DNA of 62,792 bases, the filler included. It is 6 parts of 6 records of this genome, joined end to end, with 100 filler letters (N's around TTAATTAATTAA, not from the genome) between each part and the next. Parts side by side here need not be neighbours in the genome. Positions count along the whole stretch, not along the records: positions 1 to 25,730 come from SRR20825019_2887; 5 more parts are not named here. One strand, 5' to 3'. Of the stretch, positions 1 to 10,915 are shown piece by piece. A program made the translations under genes and the position numbers. Below the pieces are notes generated by a model, which did no database searches, was not told where the DNA came from, and saw only the letters and a list, made by a program, of their open reading frames with translations. Each line of letters starts with the position of its first letter. Positions within the stretch are counted from its first letter, which is position 1.

Positions 1-393
1 AGATTTCCAAGGACCGTTACCCAAAGCAAATGCTTCAAAACGTCCCATAATAATACAGTTGGTAATGATTAATCCTATAAAAACGGATAATTCCTTACTT
101 AAAGAATAAGCAAATGCTTTTAGCACTTGATCTACTATAATAACCAAAGCAGCTACTACAACAAGTTGAACGATAATTCTAATTTTTGATGGAATTATAT
201 TTCGCATTAGCGAAATAACAACGTTTCCAATACCTAAAACCGCAACTACAGAAATAGCCATTACAATTGAAGCTTTCAATTGTGCAGTAATAGCTAGTGC
301 AGAACAGATACCTAATACCTGAATGGTAATAGGGTTGTTGTCTGCCAATGGGTCTAAAATTAACTTACTGTCTTTTTTTGATAGCAATCCCAT
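1..393 (-). CDS. nqrD: Na(+)-translocating NADH:quinone reductase subunit D (3'-truncated by window edge)
   Basis: Manual translation from ATG at 393: [38 protein letters not shown]...[15 protein letters not shown]; follows nqrC; not in ORF track because it runs off the edge. Confidence 0.95.
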   Translation of the reverse strand, partial: MGLLSKKDSKLILDPLADNNPITIQVLGICSALAITAQLKASIVMAISVVAVLGIGNVVISLMRNIIPSKIRIIVQLVVVAALVIIVDQVLKAFAYSLSKELSVFIGLIITNCIIMGRFEAFALGNGPWKS

Positions 394-396
394 AAT

Positions 397-1146
397 TTAT
401 TTATTTAATGTTTTTAAGTATGGCAAATACATTCTAATATCTTTTTTAATCATTGCAGTTACACCATCACCTGTGATTGTTGCTCCAGCAATTGCGTCTA
501 CCTCATTGTCATCTTTTTCAATATTTGTAGGATCGTTATTACCCTTGGCAACTTTTATCCCTTCAAATACATCGCTGTTCATGATTGCTTCACCTTTGAA
601 ATCATCCATAAAGTAACGTTGCTTTATTTCAGCACCTAAACCTGGTGTTTCTCCTTTGTGATCAAAAAACACACCTTGAACAGTAAATGTTTTATCTACA
701 GCCACAAAGCCCCAAATTGCATCCCAAAGACCCTTTCCACGCATTGGAATAACATACACGGTTTCGCCGTCTTTTTCTCCAACAAATAATGGCAGTCTTC
801 TTTTATAATTAGGATCTTTAGCTTTAGTCTCTTCTTTTTTAAGATCTATAAGGTAAGCTTCTTCATTTTCAGTAACAGCATCTCCTTGAATTACCAATTG
901 TTTTTTGATGAATGTATGAAATGCATCTTCAACCTTATCAGTAGGTACAAAAACGATATCACCTTCCCCTTCATTATTATTTACTCCCATAGCATACAGA
1001 ATATTCTGCATCTTTTCGTAACGTTCGTTTAGGGTTATCTTGCTTTTTAAACCTTGCGCTACACCGGCTAACAAAGAGCCGACAACCACAACCATAATAA
1101 TTGCAAAGATAATTGTGTATGAATTTTTATCTGTGTTCTTTGCCAT
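397..1146 (-). CDS. nqrC: Na(+)-NQR subunit C
   Basis: GKGLW, ETPGLG and FMN-attachment motif GAT(I)T; operon order A-B-C-D. Confidence 0.95.
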   Translation of the reverse strand: MAKNTDKNSYTIIFAIIMVVVVGSLLAGVAQGLKSKITLNERYEKMQNILYAMGVNNNEGEGDIVFVPTDKVEDAFHTFIKKQLVIQGDAVTENEEAYLIDLKKEETKAKDPNYKRRLPLFVGEKDGETVYVIPMRGKGLWDAIWGFVAVDKTFTVQGVFFDHKGETPGLGAEIKQRYFMDDFKGEAIMNSDVFEGIKVAKGNNDPTNIEKDDNEVDAIAGATITGDGVTAMIKKDIRMYLPYLKTLNK

Positions 1147-1148
1147 GA

Positions 1149-2348
1149 TTACGCTGTTTTAACTTTTAAACGTTTCATTCTCTTTTTAATATTTCCTTGC
1201 ACTACGTAATAATCTATTGTTGGTGCAAATACGTTCATCAGCAATATTGCAAGCATTACACCTTCTGGGTATGCTGGGTTGAAAACTCTGATTAAGATAG
1301 AAATAAAACCTATTAAGAAACCATAGATCCATTTTCCTCTGTTGGTTTGTGAAGCCGTTACAGGGTCTGTTGCCATATATACTGCTCCAAAAGCAAAACC
1401 ACCAATAATAAGGTGATGCCACCATGATTCACTCATTAATCCGTAGAATTTACTTCCTTCTTGAATCCAACCAGCGTTTACCACACCGTTGAAAATAAGC
1501 CCCATTGTAATTGCACCTAGTACTGATGAAAGAATAATTCTCCAGCTTCCTATTTTTGTGAAAATTAAAAACAATGCACCTATAATAATTAGAAAGGTTG
1601 AGGTTTCGCCAACTGAACCTGGAATAAAGCCCCAGAACATATCCCAAGCGCTATAAACTGGTTCTGCGTTTGCTGCGAGACTTCCTAAAATTGTTTCACC
1701 AGAAATAGCGTCAGGTTGTGTTGCCATTTCTTTTGCGCCGTGCACCCATACTTTATCACCACTCATCCACGTTGGGTATGCGAAGAATAAAAATGCGCGG
1801 ATCGTTAGTGCAGGGTTCAAAATATTCATTCCTGTACCTCCAAAAACTTCTTTTCCGATTACAACTCCGAAAATTACTGCAACAGAAAGCATCCAAAGTG
1901 GAATGTCAATTGGCACAATAAGTGGCACAAGCATTCCTGTAACCAAATATCCTTCTTCTACTTCGTGACCTTTTATTACTGCAAAAATAAATTCTACTAA
2001 AAGCCCAACTCCATATGAAACGATTACTAAGGGTAATACAGTCCAAGCACCCATAATAAAGTTATCCCACGTAAGGAAGTTACCCAATGGGTCTAAGCGT
2101 AATGTGCTATCAATAGCTGCGTAATGTTGGTAACCAGCATTAAATATTCCGAAGATTAAACATGGAACAAGCGCCATAATAACGGTGTTCATAGTTCGTT
2201 TTAAATCATCTACCACACGAACATGGCTTCCGGAATGTGTCGTTTCATTAGGTGTATACAAAAAGGTATGCAACGCATTAAATGCAGGAGCCATTTTGGT
2301 GCCTTTGTATTTTTCCTTTAGCGTATGTAAATTCTGTTTCAATCCCAT
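1149..2348 (-). CDS. nqrB: Na(+)-NQR subunit B
   Basis: KEVFGGTGMNILNPAL, DAISGET FMN site, MATDPVT; multi-TM. Confidence 0.96.
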   Translation of the reverse strand: MGLKQNLHTLKEKYKGTKMAPAFNALHTFLYTPNETTHSGSHVRVVDDLKRTMNTVIMALVPCLIFGIFNAGYQHYAAIDSTLRLDPLGNFLTWDNFIMGAWTVLPLVIVSYGVGLLVEFIFAVIKGHEVEEGYLVTGMLVPLIVPIDIPLWMLSVAVIFGVVIGKEVFGGTGMNILNPALTIRAFLFFAYPTWMSGDKVWVHGAKEMATQPDAISGETILGSLAANAEPVYSAWDMFWGFIPGSVGETSTFLIIIGALFLIFTKIGSWRIILSSVLGAITMGLIFNGVVNAGWIQEGSKFYGLMSESWWHHLIIGGFAFGAVYMATDPVTASQTNRGKWIYGFLIGFISILIRVFNPAYPEGVMLAILLMNVFAPTIDYYVVQGNIKKRMKRLKVKTA

Positions 2349-2353
2349 AGCGA

Positions 2354-3706
2354 TTATCCTATTTCTTTATACATTAAATCAAGACCATTCCTGATGATTT
2401 GTTGATGTGGTTGTTTACTAACGCAAACAAATTCGGTAAGTGCAAAATCTTCCGGAGCCACTTCATACATTCCCAAAGCTTCCATTTCGTCAAGATCTTT
2501 AACCATACATGCTTTTAGCATTTGCATTGGGTACATATCTAGCGGGAAAACTTCTTCGTAAACACCAGTTACTACAAATGCACGGTGTTCACCATTGGTA
2601 TTTGTATTAAGGTCATACTTTTTATTTGGAGAAAGCCATGAAAAAGTTAATGCTCTTGAAGTAGACATTTTATTGAAAACTGGTTTATTCCAACCAAACA
2701 ACTCATAATCGTCACCTTCAGGAATTACGGTTACCACATTATTGTAAAAACCTAAATGTCCTTTTGGAGAAATTTTTCTACCTGTAAGCACATCGCCATT
2801 AATTACACGACTGTTTTCGTCATTCAGTCCAGAATCATACAAAAATGTAGCAACTTCTGAACCAATACGTGTTCTATAATATTTAGGTGTTTTAACCTCA
2901 GAACCAGAAAGCGCAATAACTCTTTCTGCATTAAATTTTCCAGTTAAAAGTAATTCACCTATAATAACAAGGTCTTGTGGCGCGATGGTCCAAACTATCT
3001 CCCCTTTATTTACTGGGCTTATTTTATTAATCTGCGTACCTACATTTCCCGCGGGATGTGGTCCTGAAACCTCATGAGTAGAAACATCATTTAACCCACT
3101 AAAAGGAGAGTTTCCGTTTTTATCAATGCCAACATGCACTTGCCCTTTCGTAAGTTTGCTAAGTGCAGTTACTGCAGCTTGCAATTCTGTTTCTTTTCCT
3201 CTTAAAGAAAAATCAACATCATTAGCTAATGGAGCAGAACTAAATGCAGAAATAAAAATAGCTTTTGGTTCTTGTTCAGTATCCGCAATAACCGCATAAG
3301 GGCGTTGCAGGATAAATGGCCAACAACCAGACTCCAATAAACGTGCTTTTATTGCCTCAGCAGTTGCAGATTTGGGATCTAAAGATCCGAAATCTTTAAA
3401 AGCATCTTGCGAATCTGCTTCGAAAGTTATTTCTGTAATTACACGTTTTGCGCCGCGTTCAATTTTAGTGAGTGTCCCACTTACAGGTGAAACAAACTTA
3501 ACTAATTCGTTATTCTTTGAGTAGAATACGGTATCACCAGCTTGAACTTTCCCACCTTCTCTAACTACCATTTTCGGGGTAATAAGATGAAAATCTGAAG
3601 GTCTTATTGCGAAGGTTCTAGATCTCGGGGCGCTGGAAAGTGTTTTTTCTGCTTCACCCTTTAACTTAATGGTAAGACCCTTTTTAATTTTAATGTCTTT
3701 GGACAT
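2354..3706 (-). CDS. nqrA: Na(+)-NQR subunit A
   Basis: IKIKKGL N-terminus, GPHPAGNVG, EDFALTEFVCVSK C-terminus. Confidence 0.96.
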   Translation of the reverse strand: MSKDIKIKKGLTIKLKGEAEKTLSSAPRSRTFAIRPSDFHLITPKMVVREGGKVQAGDTVFYSKNNELVKFVSPVSGTLTKIERGAKRVITEITFEADSQDAFKDFGSLDPKSATAEAIKARLLESGCWPFILQRPYAVIADTEQEPKAIFISAFSSAPLANDVDFSLRGKETELQAAVTALSKLTKGQVHVGIDKNGNSPFSGLNDVSTHEVSGPHPAGNVGTQINKISPVNKGEIVWTIAPQDLVIIGELLLTGKFNAERVIALSGSEVKTPKYYRTRIGSEVATFLYDSGLNDENSRVINGDVLTGRKISPKGHLGFYNNVVTVIPEGDDYELFGWNKPVFNKMSTSRALTFSWLSPNKKYDLNTNTNGEHRAFVVTGVYEEVFPLDMYPMQMLKACMVKDLDEMEALGMYEVAPEDFALTEFVCVSKQPHQQIIRNGLDLMYKEIG

Positions 3707-3779
3707 AATATGGATATTAATAATGCCTTTTTAGTACCCTTTTATCCCTGAAAACGAATGCTCGGAGAATAAGGGCGTG

Positions 3780-3787
3780 CAAATTTA
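3780..3787 (-). promoter_or_regulatory. Bacteroidota sigma-A -7 promoter element (TAAATTTG) for the nqr operon
   Basis: Matches TAnnTTTG 73 nt upstream of nqrA. The same element precedes pruA (7706-7713), 13894 (13938-13945, -), 14241 (14192-14199), rsmG (16625-16632, -), 28319 (28366-28373, -), dapF (30852-30859, -), htrA (30952-30959), gap (32583-32590) and 35860 (35822-35829). Confidence 0.65.
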
Positions 3788-4003
3788 TAAATTAAATACA
3801 CCATTGCACAATAAATGATTATAATTTTCTTTCTGAACAAGGTTTAGATCGCTTCTTTAAAATGATTATAAATTAGGGAATATATTTAGCATTAGTATTA
3901 CTTGGAAAATAATTCAAGTCTTTTATAGTTTTCAGAAGTTAGAAAACCATAACACTATCAATAGGCACAAAATTTGTTTATCTTAGCTTTTTAAACCAGA
4001 ATC

Positions 4004-5263
4004 ATGTTAAAAACTCTTGCCACTACCCTTTTTTTACTTCTAACTTTTTTTCCTACACTTGCTCAAATTGTTGAAAAAGTTGAACCTTCATATATAAGCA
4101 CCATTCAATTTCGAGGTGCAACAGATTTAAGCCAACTGCCAATTATTCAACTTGGAGACAAGCTACAGCTTTCATTTGATGCATTAAATGGCGAGGAAGA
4201 AGATTATTATTACACAATAACACACTATAATTTTGATTGGTCACCAAGCGATCTTTCTAAAAGTGAATACCTAAATGGTTTTGATGATGTTCGTATACAA
4301 ACCTACCAAAACTCATTAAATACACTTCAAATATTTTCGCATTACCAGCTTACAATCCCCAACCGAGATACCCGTGCTATTGAAAAAAGTGGAAACTATT
4401 TACTTAGTATTTCAAATGGTGACGGCGATCTTGTTTTTACTCGTAAATTTTTGGTTATGGAAAATATTGCAAGCGTTGGCGTAGAGATTAAACGTTCCCG
4501 AGATTTAAAAACCATAAATGAAAAGCAAGTGGTTCAGTTTTCAATAAATTCACCTAATTTATTGTTGATAAACCCAAAACAGACTGTAAAAACACTCGTA
4601 CTTCAAAATAGCAACCTAAAAACTGCCATTACAGATTTGGTGCCGCAATACACTATGGGCAATGAGCTAATCTATAAATATGACAAAGAAGCTTCTTTTG
4701 GTGGCGGAAATGAATTTCTTTCATTCGACAATAAAGATGAACGCTCAGCCAGTAATGGAGTACGTTCTGTAAACTTAACAGACGTCTATGAAAACCAACT
4801 CTACACAAACATTCCAAGATACGACCGTCCTTACACATACAATCCAGATATAAATGGAAACTTTTTGGTTCGTAATGTTGATGCACAAAACCAAGATTTG
4901 GAAGCAGAATATGTGCGTGTGCATTTCAACCTTCAGTATTATGATGATTTGGGTGATGGCGACAAGGAATTGCACCTTTATGGCAACTTCAATAATTGGA
5001 CTATTGATGGCAGCACTTACATGAAATACGACTCAAGTAGCGACACCTACAGAAATTCCCGCTTGTTTAAGCAAGGTTTTTACAACTATAAGTATGTAGT
5101 TGTAAATCGTGATGGCAGCATTGATGAGGGAGCTGTTAGCGGCGATTTTTGGCAAACAGAAAACAACTATACTGTTATTGTTTATTTTCGAGATTTAGGC
5201 GCTAGATATGATCGAATTATTGGCTCTGGTTACGCAAATTCAACAAATATTTCGAATAATTAA
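4004..5263 (+). CDS. DUF5103 family / type IX secretion system plug protein
   Basis: Signal peptide, LSFD..., SGNYLL, KQGFYNYKY, G.FWQTENNY motifs. Confidence 0.8.
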   Translation: MLKTLATTLFLLLTFFPTLAQIVEKVEPSYISTIQFRGATDLSQLPIIQLGDKLQLSFDALNGEEEDYYYTITHYNFDWSPSDLSKSEYLNGFDDVRIQTYQNSLNTLQIFSHYQLTIPNRDTRAIEKSGNYLLSISNGDGDLVFTRKFLVMENIASVGVEIKRSRDLKTINEKQVVQFSINSPNLLLINPKQTVKTLVLQNSNLKTAITDLVPQYTMGNELIYKYDKEASFGGGNEFLSFDNKDERSASNGVRSVNLTDVYENQLYTNIPRYDRPYTYNPDINGNFLVRNVDAQNQDLEAEYVRVHFNLQYYDDLGDGDKELHLYGNFNNWTIDGSTYMKYDSSSDTYRNSRLFKQGFYNYKYVVVNRDGSIDEGAVSGDFWQTENNYTVIVYFRDLGARYDRIIGSGYANSTNISNN

Positions 5264-5325
5264 CATCGTTTTTTTAAGAAATATAACACCTACTTTTTAA
5301 ATATTTAAACATTGTTTTAGTTAAA

Positions 5326-6414
5326 ATGAAACGCAAAAAAAAAGCGGTTTCCACCAAAAGAAAGTCACTGCAATACCGCGGAACAAAATGCCTAAACTGT
5401 GAACAGCCGCTAGATATTAGTGATATTTACTGCCCTTATTGTTCGCAATTAAACAGCAATAAGCAACTTTCTGCAAAAGATTTTTTCGGCGAATTTATTA
5501 ATAGCATTGTAGTTTATGATTCACGCTTAAGAAACACACTAAAAGACCTTCTGCTTCGCCCAGGAACCATCACAAGAAATTATGTAGAAGGCAAACGATT
5601 GTCCTACGCAAATCCGTTTCGTTTCTTTTTAAGTGTTTCTATAATTTATTTTTTACTGACTGGATTTATAGATATTTTTCAGGAGAATTCAGATGAAAAT
5701 TCATCTACAACACTAGAAGACGCTTCTTTTTTGAATTCTTTTACCGAAAATGTATCGACTACCACTTCCAATGCCATTAAAATTGTTGATTCCGTTAAGA
5801 AACACCTCCCTAAAACCCCTCTTAAATATACTTCTGATGAAGAATTAGACACCCTCCCTTTTTTAGAAAGTTATTCAGAAAGATTTACACTTTACACAAA
5901 GTTCTATAAAACACATAATATTAAAAACGCAACAATAGCACTGGATAGCCTTCACCACAGAAACTCTTCTTTTAACAGATGGATCTATTCAAAAAACACA
6001 ACTGTAGATAAAATAAAGGATAATCCCACTGCTTTTATAAATTACATAATCACCAAAATACCTTTCTTTCTATTTTTCTTCACCCCTTTTTTCGCCCTTT
6101 TTTTCTGGCTAATTTATTCTTGGAAAAAGTACACGTATGTGGAACATATGGTTTTTATATTTCACATATTCAGCTTTATTTTTTTGGCGATGCTTATTAC
6201 CATTATTCCAGATTTATTAATAGGAAGTGAATTTCTTTTAGGGTGTCTTTTTTTAATAATAGGCCCTTTTTACTTTTATAAAGCCCTTAGAAATTTTTAC
6301 AAGCAAAGTAGGTTGCTAACTTTAATAAAATTCGTATTTTTAAACACAGTGTTTATAATTGGCTTGTCCTTTGCAGCACTTATATTTATAGCAGCAAGCG
6401 CAGCAGTTTATTAA
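5326..6414 (+). CDS. DUF3667 domain membrane protein
   Basis: N-terminal CLNC...YCPYCSQ Zn ribbon, LLRPGTIT..YVEGKR.SYANPFRFF, several C-terminal TM helices. Confidence 0.85.
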   Translation: MKRKKKAVSTKRKSLQYRGTKCLNCEQPLDISDIYCPYCSQLNSNKQLSAKDFFGEFINSIVVYDSRLRNTLKDLLLRPGTITRNYVEGKRLSYANPFRFFLSVSIIYFLLTGFIDIFQENSDENSSTTLEDASFLNSFTENVSTTTSNAIKIVDSVKKHLPKTPLKYTSDEELDTLPFLESYSERFTLYTKFYKTHNIKNATIALDSLHHRNSSFNRWIYSKNTTVDKIKDNPTAFINYIITKIPFFLFFFTPFFALFFWLIYSWKKYTYVEHMVFIFHIFSFIFLAMLITIIPDLLIGSEFLLGCLFLIIGPFYFYKALRNFYKQSRLLTLIKFVFLNTVFIIGLSFAALIFIAASAAVY

Positions 6415-6418
6415 AAAA

Positions 6419-6805
6419 ATGGTTCAACAAGTAACACAAGGAATTAAAATTTCGGTAAAAACGGAATTTGACGGCACATTTTACAAAAATCGTAAAATGC
6501 AATATGCCTTTGCCTATACTATTACCATTGAAAACCAAAGCAAGGACACAGTTCAACTTATAGCGCGTAGCTGGAAAATAAAGGATTCTCTTAGTAACAC
6601 GCAAATTATTGAAGGCGAAGGTGTAATCGGTCAAAAACCAATATTACTTCCTGGCGACAAACATTCATACACCAGCGGCTGTCTTTTGCTTTCTCCTTTT
6701 GGCGCAATGAAAGGACATTACAACATGGTAAATTTCACCACAACTAGAAAATTTAGAGTTTCTATCCCACTCTTCAACTTGAGTGCACCTTTTTCTATGA
6801 ATTAA
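6419..6805 (+). CDS. apaG: ApaG (Co2+/Mg2+ efflux-associated) protein
   Basis: FAYTITIEN, GEGVIGQKP, YTSGC...GAMKGHY. Confidence 0.93.
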   Translation: MVQQVTQGIKISVKTEFDGTFYKNRKMQYAFAYTITIENQSKDTVQLIARSWKIKDSLSNTQIIEGEGVIGQKPILLPGDKHSYTSGCLLLSPFGAMKGHYNMVNFTTTRKFRVSIPLFNLSAPFSMN

Positions 6806-6858
6806 TCGATTATTACATTCTAAAAATTTCTATTCCGAAGAAAAATTAGATGTGATGT

Positions 6859-7566
6859 CTATGAGAAAATTGTATTGCTGATTGTTTCCATTTGTAAATC
6901 TTCGTACCGCATTTCAACAGTTTCATTAAGCATATTAATTTGGGTAATGCTTTTTGTTTTTATAAAACCACGATCCATTATAAGGTTGCTGCTTAAATCG
7001 CCTTCTCCTGCTGTTTTATGAAATTCAAGAATTTCTTCATTTGAAGGTTTAATCTTTTCAAATAGAAATTCAGAAAACCAGTGTTCGCGTTTCTTTTTTA
7101 AATTTTCAGGATATAAAGGTGATGACGACCATATTTGTGGCGCAAGTGGCTCTTCAGAAAAATGATACTTTAAACCATCCCAAACAAGTTGAAACAATTC
7201 TACTTCCATGCTCCATGTTACAATTACAGCCGTAAAAGGCTCAATTTCATTGAAATCATAATTGCTAATTTCGACTTTAAAATTTTCAGTTTTCAAAAGG
7301 TCTTTCACCACCAAACCTCTGCTTTTTTTGTAAAAGGAATTACGTTCATGCGCCACAAAACCACCATTCATCAAGCAAACCAACCGTTTGTGTTCGCTTA
7401 TACCAATCCAAGTTCCACCAGCAACTGCATCTTTAGGATACACTAATTTCAAGCCTTCTTCTTCATATATTTTTGGCGAAAATGTTTCACGTCCAGGCGC
7501 TTCATCACGGTTTGAGGTTAAAACAAAATTGCCATCAGATTTTGGAACAAAAGTAATTGTGCACAT
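6859..7566 (-). CDS. NRDE/TANGO2 family protein
   Basis: N-terminal MCT, SNRDE, PKDAVAGGTW, SRGLVV. Confidence 0.9.
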   Translation of the reverse strand: MCTITFVPKSDGNFVLTSNRDEAPGRETFSPKIYEEEGLKLVYPKDAVAGGTWIGISEHKRLVCLMNGGFVAHERNSFYKKSRGLVVKDLLKTENFKVEISNYDFNEIEPFTAVIVTWSMEVELFQLVWDGLKYHFSEEPLAPQIWSSSPLYPENLKKKREHWFSEFLFEKIKPSNEEILEFHKTAGEGDLSSNLIMDRGFIKTKSITQINMLNETVEMRYEDLQMETISNTIFS

Positions 7567-7576
7567 ATATTAAAAG

Positions 7577-7599
7577 GTGTTCAGTGTTCAGTGTTCAGT
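7577..7599. repeat. Heptamer tandem repeat (GTGTTCA)x3
   Basis: gtgttca gtgttca gtgttca gt directly upstream of the NRDE gene start. Confidence 0.85.
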
Positions 7600-7745
7600 A
7601 AAGCTACTAAATAATATAAATTTTAACCTTTATAAAATAATTGTTTTTCTACGTAGCGACCAAAAACTGCCCAAAGCTACAGCCTACTAAACACTAAAAA
7701 AATTGTACCTTTGCAATCTTCATAAATAGAAAACATAAAAAAATT

Positions 7746-9371
7746 ATGGGAAAAGGATTTTTTAAAGTGCCAATCGCGGTAAACGAGCCTGTAAAGAGCT
7801 ATGCTCCAGGATCCACAGAACGAGAAGAAGTGCTTGAAACTTACAAAAAAATGTATGGTGAAAAAGTGGAAGTACCGCTATTTATCAATGGAAAAGAGGT
7901 AAAAACAAACGACACTGCAACAATGTCTCCTCCGCATGATCACAAACATGTATTAGGAACCTACCATAAAGCCACAAAAAGCAATGTAGAAGAAGCTATT
8001 TCAACTGCTTTGGAAGCAAGAAAAAAATGGGCAGCAATGCCTTGGGAGCAACGTGCAGGGATTTTTCTTCGCGCGGCAGAACTTATTGCGGGTCCTTACA
8101 GAGCAAAAATTAATGCTGCTACCATGTTGGCGCAATCAAAAAATATTTATCAAGCAGAAATTGATGCTGCTTGTGAACTTATAGATTTCTTAAGGTTTAA
8201 CGTTCAGTTTATGACTGAAATTTATGCAGAACAACCAGAATCTACCTCTGGAGCATGGAACCGAATTGAATACCGTCCTTTAGAAGGGTTTGTATATGCA
8301 ATTACACCTTTTAACTTTACAGCTATTGCAGGAAACCTTCCAGCAAGTGCAGCATTGATGGGGAATGTGGTGTTATGGAAACCAAGTGATAGCCAAGTAT
8401 ATTCTGCGAAAGTTATTCAGGATGTTTTCCGTGAAGCAGGTGTACCAGCAGGTGTTATAAATATGGTAATGGGTGACCCTGTTATGATTACAGAAACCGT
8501 TCTTGCAAGCCCAGATTTTAGTGGCATTCACTTTACAGGATCAACACATGTTTTCAAGAGTATTTGGCAACAAATTGGTGTAAACATTCACAACTACAAA
8601 ACATACCCACGAATTGTAGGAGAAACTGGAGGAAAAGATTTCATCGTTGCTCATAAAACTTCAAATCCAAAACAAGTTGCCACAGCAATGAGCCGTGGAG
8701 CTTTTGAGTTTCAAGGTCAAAAATGTAGCGCTGCAAGTAGATGTTATATTTCTGAAAGCATTTGGGAAGATGTAAAAAAATATCTGATTGAAGACATCAA
8801 TTCATTCAAAATGGGTTCTCCTGAAGATATGAGCAACTTTATTACTGCTGTAATTCACGAAGGATCTTTTGATAAGCTTGCACAATATATTGACGCTGCA
8901 AAAGCCGACAAAAATGTTGAAGTAATTGCGGGAGGAAACCACGACAAGAGTAAAGGCTACTTTATTGAGCCTACAGTTATAGTAACCAAAGACCCAAATT
9001 ATACAACAATGTGCACAGAGCTTTTTGGCCCTGTTTTAACTGTATACGTTTTTGAAGACGCTAAGTGGGATGAAACACTAGAAGTTGTTGACAATTCAGG
9101 TGAATACGCTTTAACTGGTGCTGTTTTTAGTGAAGACAGATATGCGCTTGAAGTTGCAATGAAAGCCTTAGAGAATGCAGCAGGAAATTTCTACATCAAC
9201 GACAAGCCTACGGGAGCTGTTGTAGGCCAACAACCTTTTGGTGGCGCGCGTGCTAGTGGAACAAATGATAAAGCAGGAAGCAAACTAAATTTATACCGTT
9301 GGATTTCGCCTAGAATGGTGAAAGAAACCTTTGTTTCTCCAGTAGACTATAGATATCCATTTTTAGGTTAA
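7746..9371 (+). CDS. pruA: L-glutamate gamma-semialdehyde (1-pyrroline-5-carboxylate) dehydrogenase
   Basis: EIDAACELIDF, PFNFTAI, GETGGKDF, FQGQKCSA, NDKPTGAVVGQQPFGG. Confidence 0.96.
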   Translation: MGKGFFKVPIAVNEPVKSYAPGSTEREEVLETYKKMYGEKVEVPLFINGKEVKTNDTATMSPPHDHKHVLGTYHKATKSNVEEAISTALEARKKWAAMPWEQRAGIFLRAAELIAGPYRAKINAATMLAQSKNIYQAEIDAACELIDFLRFNVQFMTEIYAEQPESTSGAWNRIEYRPLEGFVYAITPFNFTAIAGNLPASAALMGNVVLWKPSDSQVYSAKVIQDVFREAGVPAGVINMVMGDPVMITETVLASPDFSGIHFTGSTHVFKSIWQQIGVNIHNYKTYPRIVGETGGKDFIVAHKTSNPKQVATAMSRGAFEFQGQKCSAASRCYISESIWEDVKKYLIEDINSFKMGSPEDMSNFITAVIHEGSFDKLAQYIDAAKADKNVEVIAGGNHDKSKGYFIEPTVIVTKDPNYTTMCTELFGPVLTVYVFEDAKWDETLEVVDNSGEYALTGAVFSEDRYALEVAMKALENAAGNFYINDKPTGAVVGQQPFGGARASGTNDKAGSKLNLYRWISPRMVKETFVSPVDYRYPFLG

Positions 9372-9394
9372 CACATAAACTACCTCATAAAAAT

Positions 9395-9427
9395 ACCCAT
9401 CTTGAAAATTTCAAGATGGGTTTTTTA
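9395..9427. terminator. Intrinsic terminator between convergent genes
   Basis: acccatcttgaaa / tttcaagatgggt inverted repeat followed by T-run. Confidence 0.85.
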
Positions 9428-9446
9428 GTTTTGAAGAAATCTAATT

Positions 9447-10754
9447 CTATTGGTAATCTTTACTTTGACCTATTTCAGCATGCTGAGAGTTTTTTGCAGC
9501 GTTATCTGCTTTAACAACCATAACTGCAAAACTTAAATTAGCTGCGTTATAATTTGAAGGCACATTAAATGAGTATGACTTTTTAAATTCTTGGTATGCA
9601 GGAGTATCAGGAATAGGATCTCCAAATAAACCAGAAAGTGTATTTCTTAAGCCTTCATTGTGCTCGAAGTCTTTAATAGGGTTTCCAGCTCCTTGATATG
9701 GGTGTCCTGCAACATTGTTAAAGTAATTTACTTGATCTGCAATTACCCCATTTTCCAATAAATAAACCACCAGTTTATCTCCAGGCTCTGAACCATTTTC
9801 ATAAACAACTTTAACATCAACAGTGAGGTTTGAGCCGGTAATTTGTGAATTGATTGCAATAGACATATCAGTTTCTACCCCAGCCAATGCCATTACAGCG
9901 TCATAATCATATGAAGGAACTTTTTTCCAGTTTGTAGCTCTATCTAATTGTGTCTGAGGAAATCCATCTGGCACCCCAAATTCGGCTTGAAGCTCATCAA
10001 TTCTATCAAAATGTAATGGTTCAAACACACCACCTGATTCTTTATGAATAGCAACAACAGTTACATGATCTGTTAATGACTTTACTGTTTCAACCGCAAC
10101 GATTGCATCTAAACAAAAGCCACACCATGTACCAGTATAATCTTCTAGAACTACATTCTTTTTTGGAATAAAAACAGAAAAGTTTTTAGTTGCAGAAGTG
10201 TATTCTTCACCATTTACCATGTATTTTGCGTAAACTTCAAATCCTCCTTCACTAGCTGAAGAAAATGTAAAACCTGAAATAGCAGCGTTATTTACATAAA
10301 ATGTAGCATCAGCAGCACTATTTCCTCCATTTGAATCTAACAAGCCAAAAGTTATAGTTTGATTTCTAAATGCTCTATTTACATCTACCGTTAAGGCACG
10401 TTGTGTTTCAGAAAGCACTTCAAAATTTAGAATATTACTTGTAACATCACCGAGAACTGCTTTTACAGCAAAGGTTCCTGTAGTAGTAAATGGGTGTGAA
10501 GCACTTGAAATTTCAACATCGTTTACATAAAGTTTTGCTGTTGAAGTATAATCTACTTCATCGCTACCAGTAACCGTAAAGTTAACCATTTGACCTTCGG
10601 TAACAACTTCTAATTCTCCAGTTCCAACATCGCTTGTTAAAACAATAGACAAATCTTCTACAGCTACGCCAATTGGGTCTTCTTTTTTACTACAACCAAC
10701 AATTGCAATAAAGGCAAAAAATAAAAAGAGTTTAAAATAGTGGGGGTTTTTCAT
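9447..10754 (-). CDS. Omp28-related thioredoxin-like outer-membrane lipoprotein
   Basis: Lipobox IVG-C then SKKED; VVLEDYTGTWCGFC, GFP, LVVYLLENG, HN..LR Omp28 motifs. Confidence 0.85.
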   Translation of the reverse strand: MKNPHYFKLFLFFAFIAIVGCSKKEDPIGVAVEDLSIVLTSDVGTGELEVVTEGQMVNFTVTGSDEVDYTSTAKLYVNDVEISSASHPFTTTGTFAVKAVLGDVTSNILNFEVLSETQRALTVDVNRAFRNQTITFGLLDSNGGNSAADATFYVNNAAISGFTFSSASEGGFEVYAKYMVNGEEYTSATKNFSVFIPKKNVVLEDYTGTWCGFCLDAIVAVETVKSLTDHVTVVAIHKESGGVFEPLHFDRIDELQAEFGVPDGFPQTQLDRATNWKKVPSYDYDAVMALAGVETDMSIAINSQITGSNLTVDVKVVYENGSEPGDKLVVYLLENGVIADQVNYFNNVAGHPYQGAGNPIKDFEHNEGLRNTLSGLFGDPIPDTPAYQEFKKSYSFNVPSNYNAANLSFAVMVVKADNAAKNSQHAEIGQSKDYQ

Positions 10755-10915
10755 GACTTTGATTATTAAAATGTAGGGGGCTAATATAATCTATATTATA
10801 AAAAGAGGCACGGTTTTAGAATGTTAAATTCATAATTTCAGTTAAACAAAAACAATTTTTTATTAAAAAAAACTTAATATTGCTACTCTTTAACTACTTA
10901 TTTAAATTCTATTCG

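Noticed and set aside
3813-3871. Repeated AAATGATTATAA upstream of nqrA as Fur boxes
   Set aside because: Only a partial match in very AT-rich DNA; cannot be separated from chance
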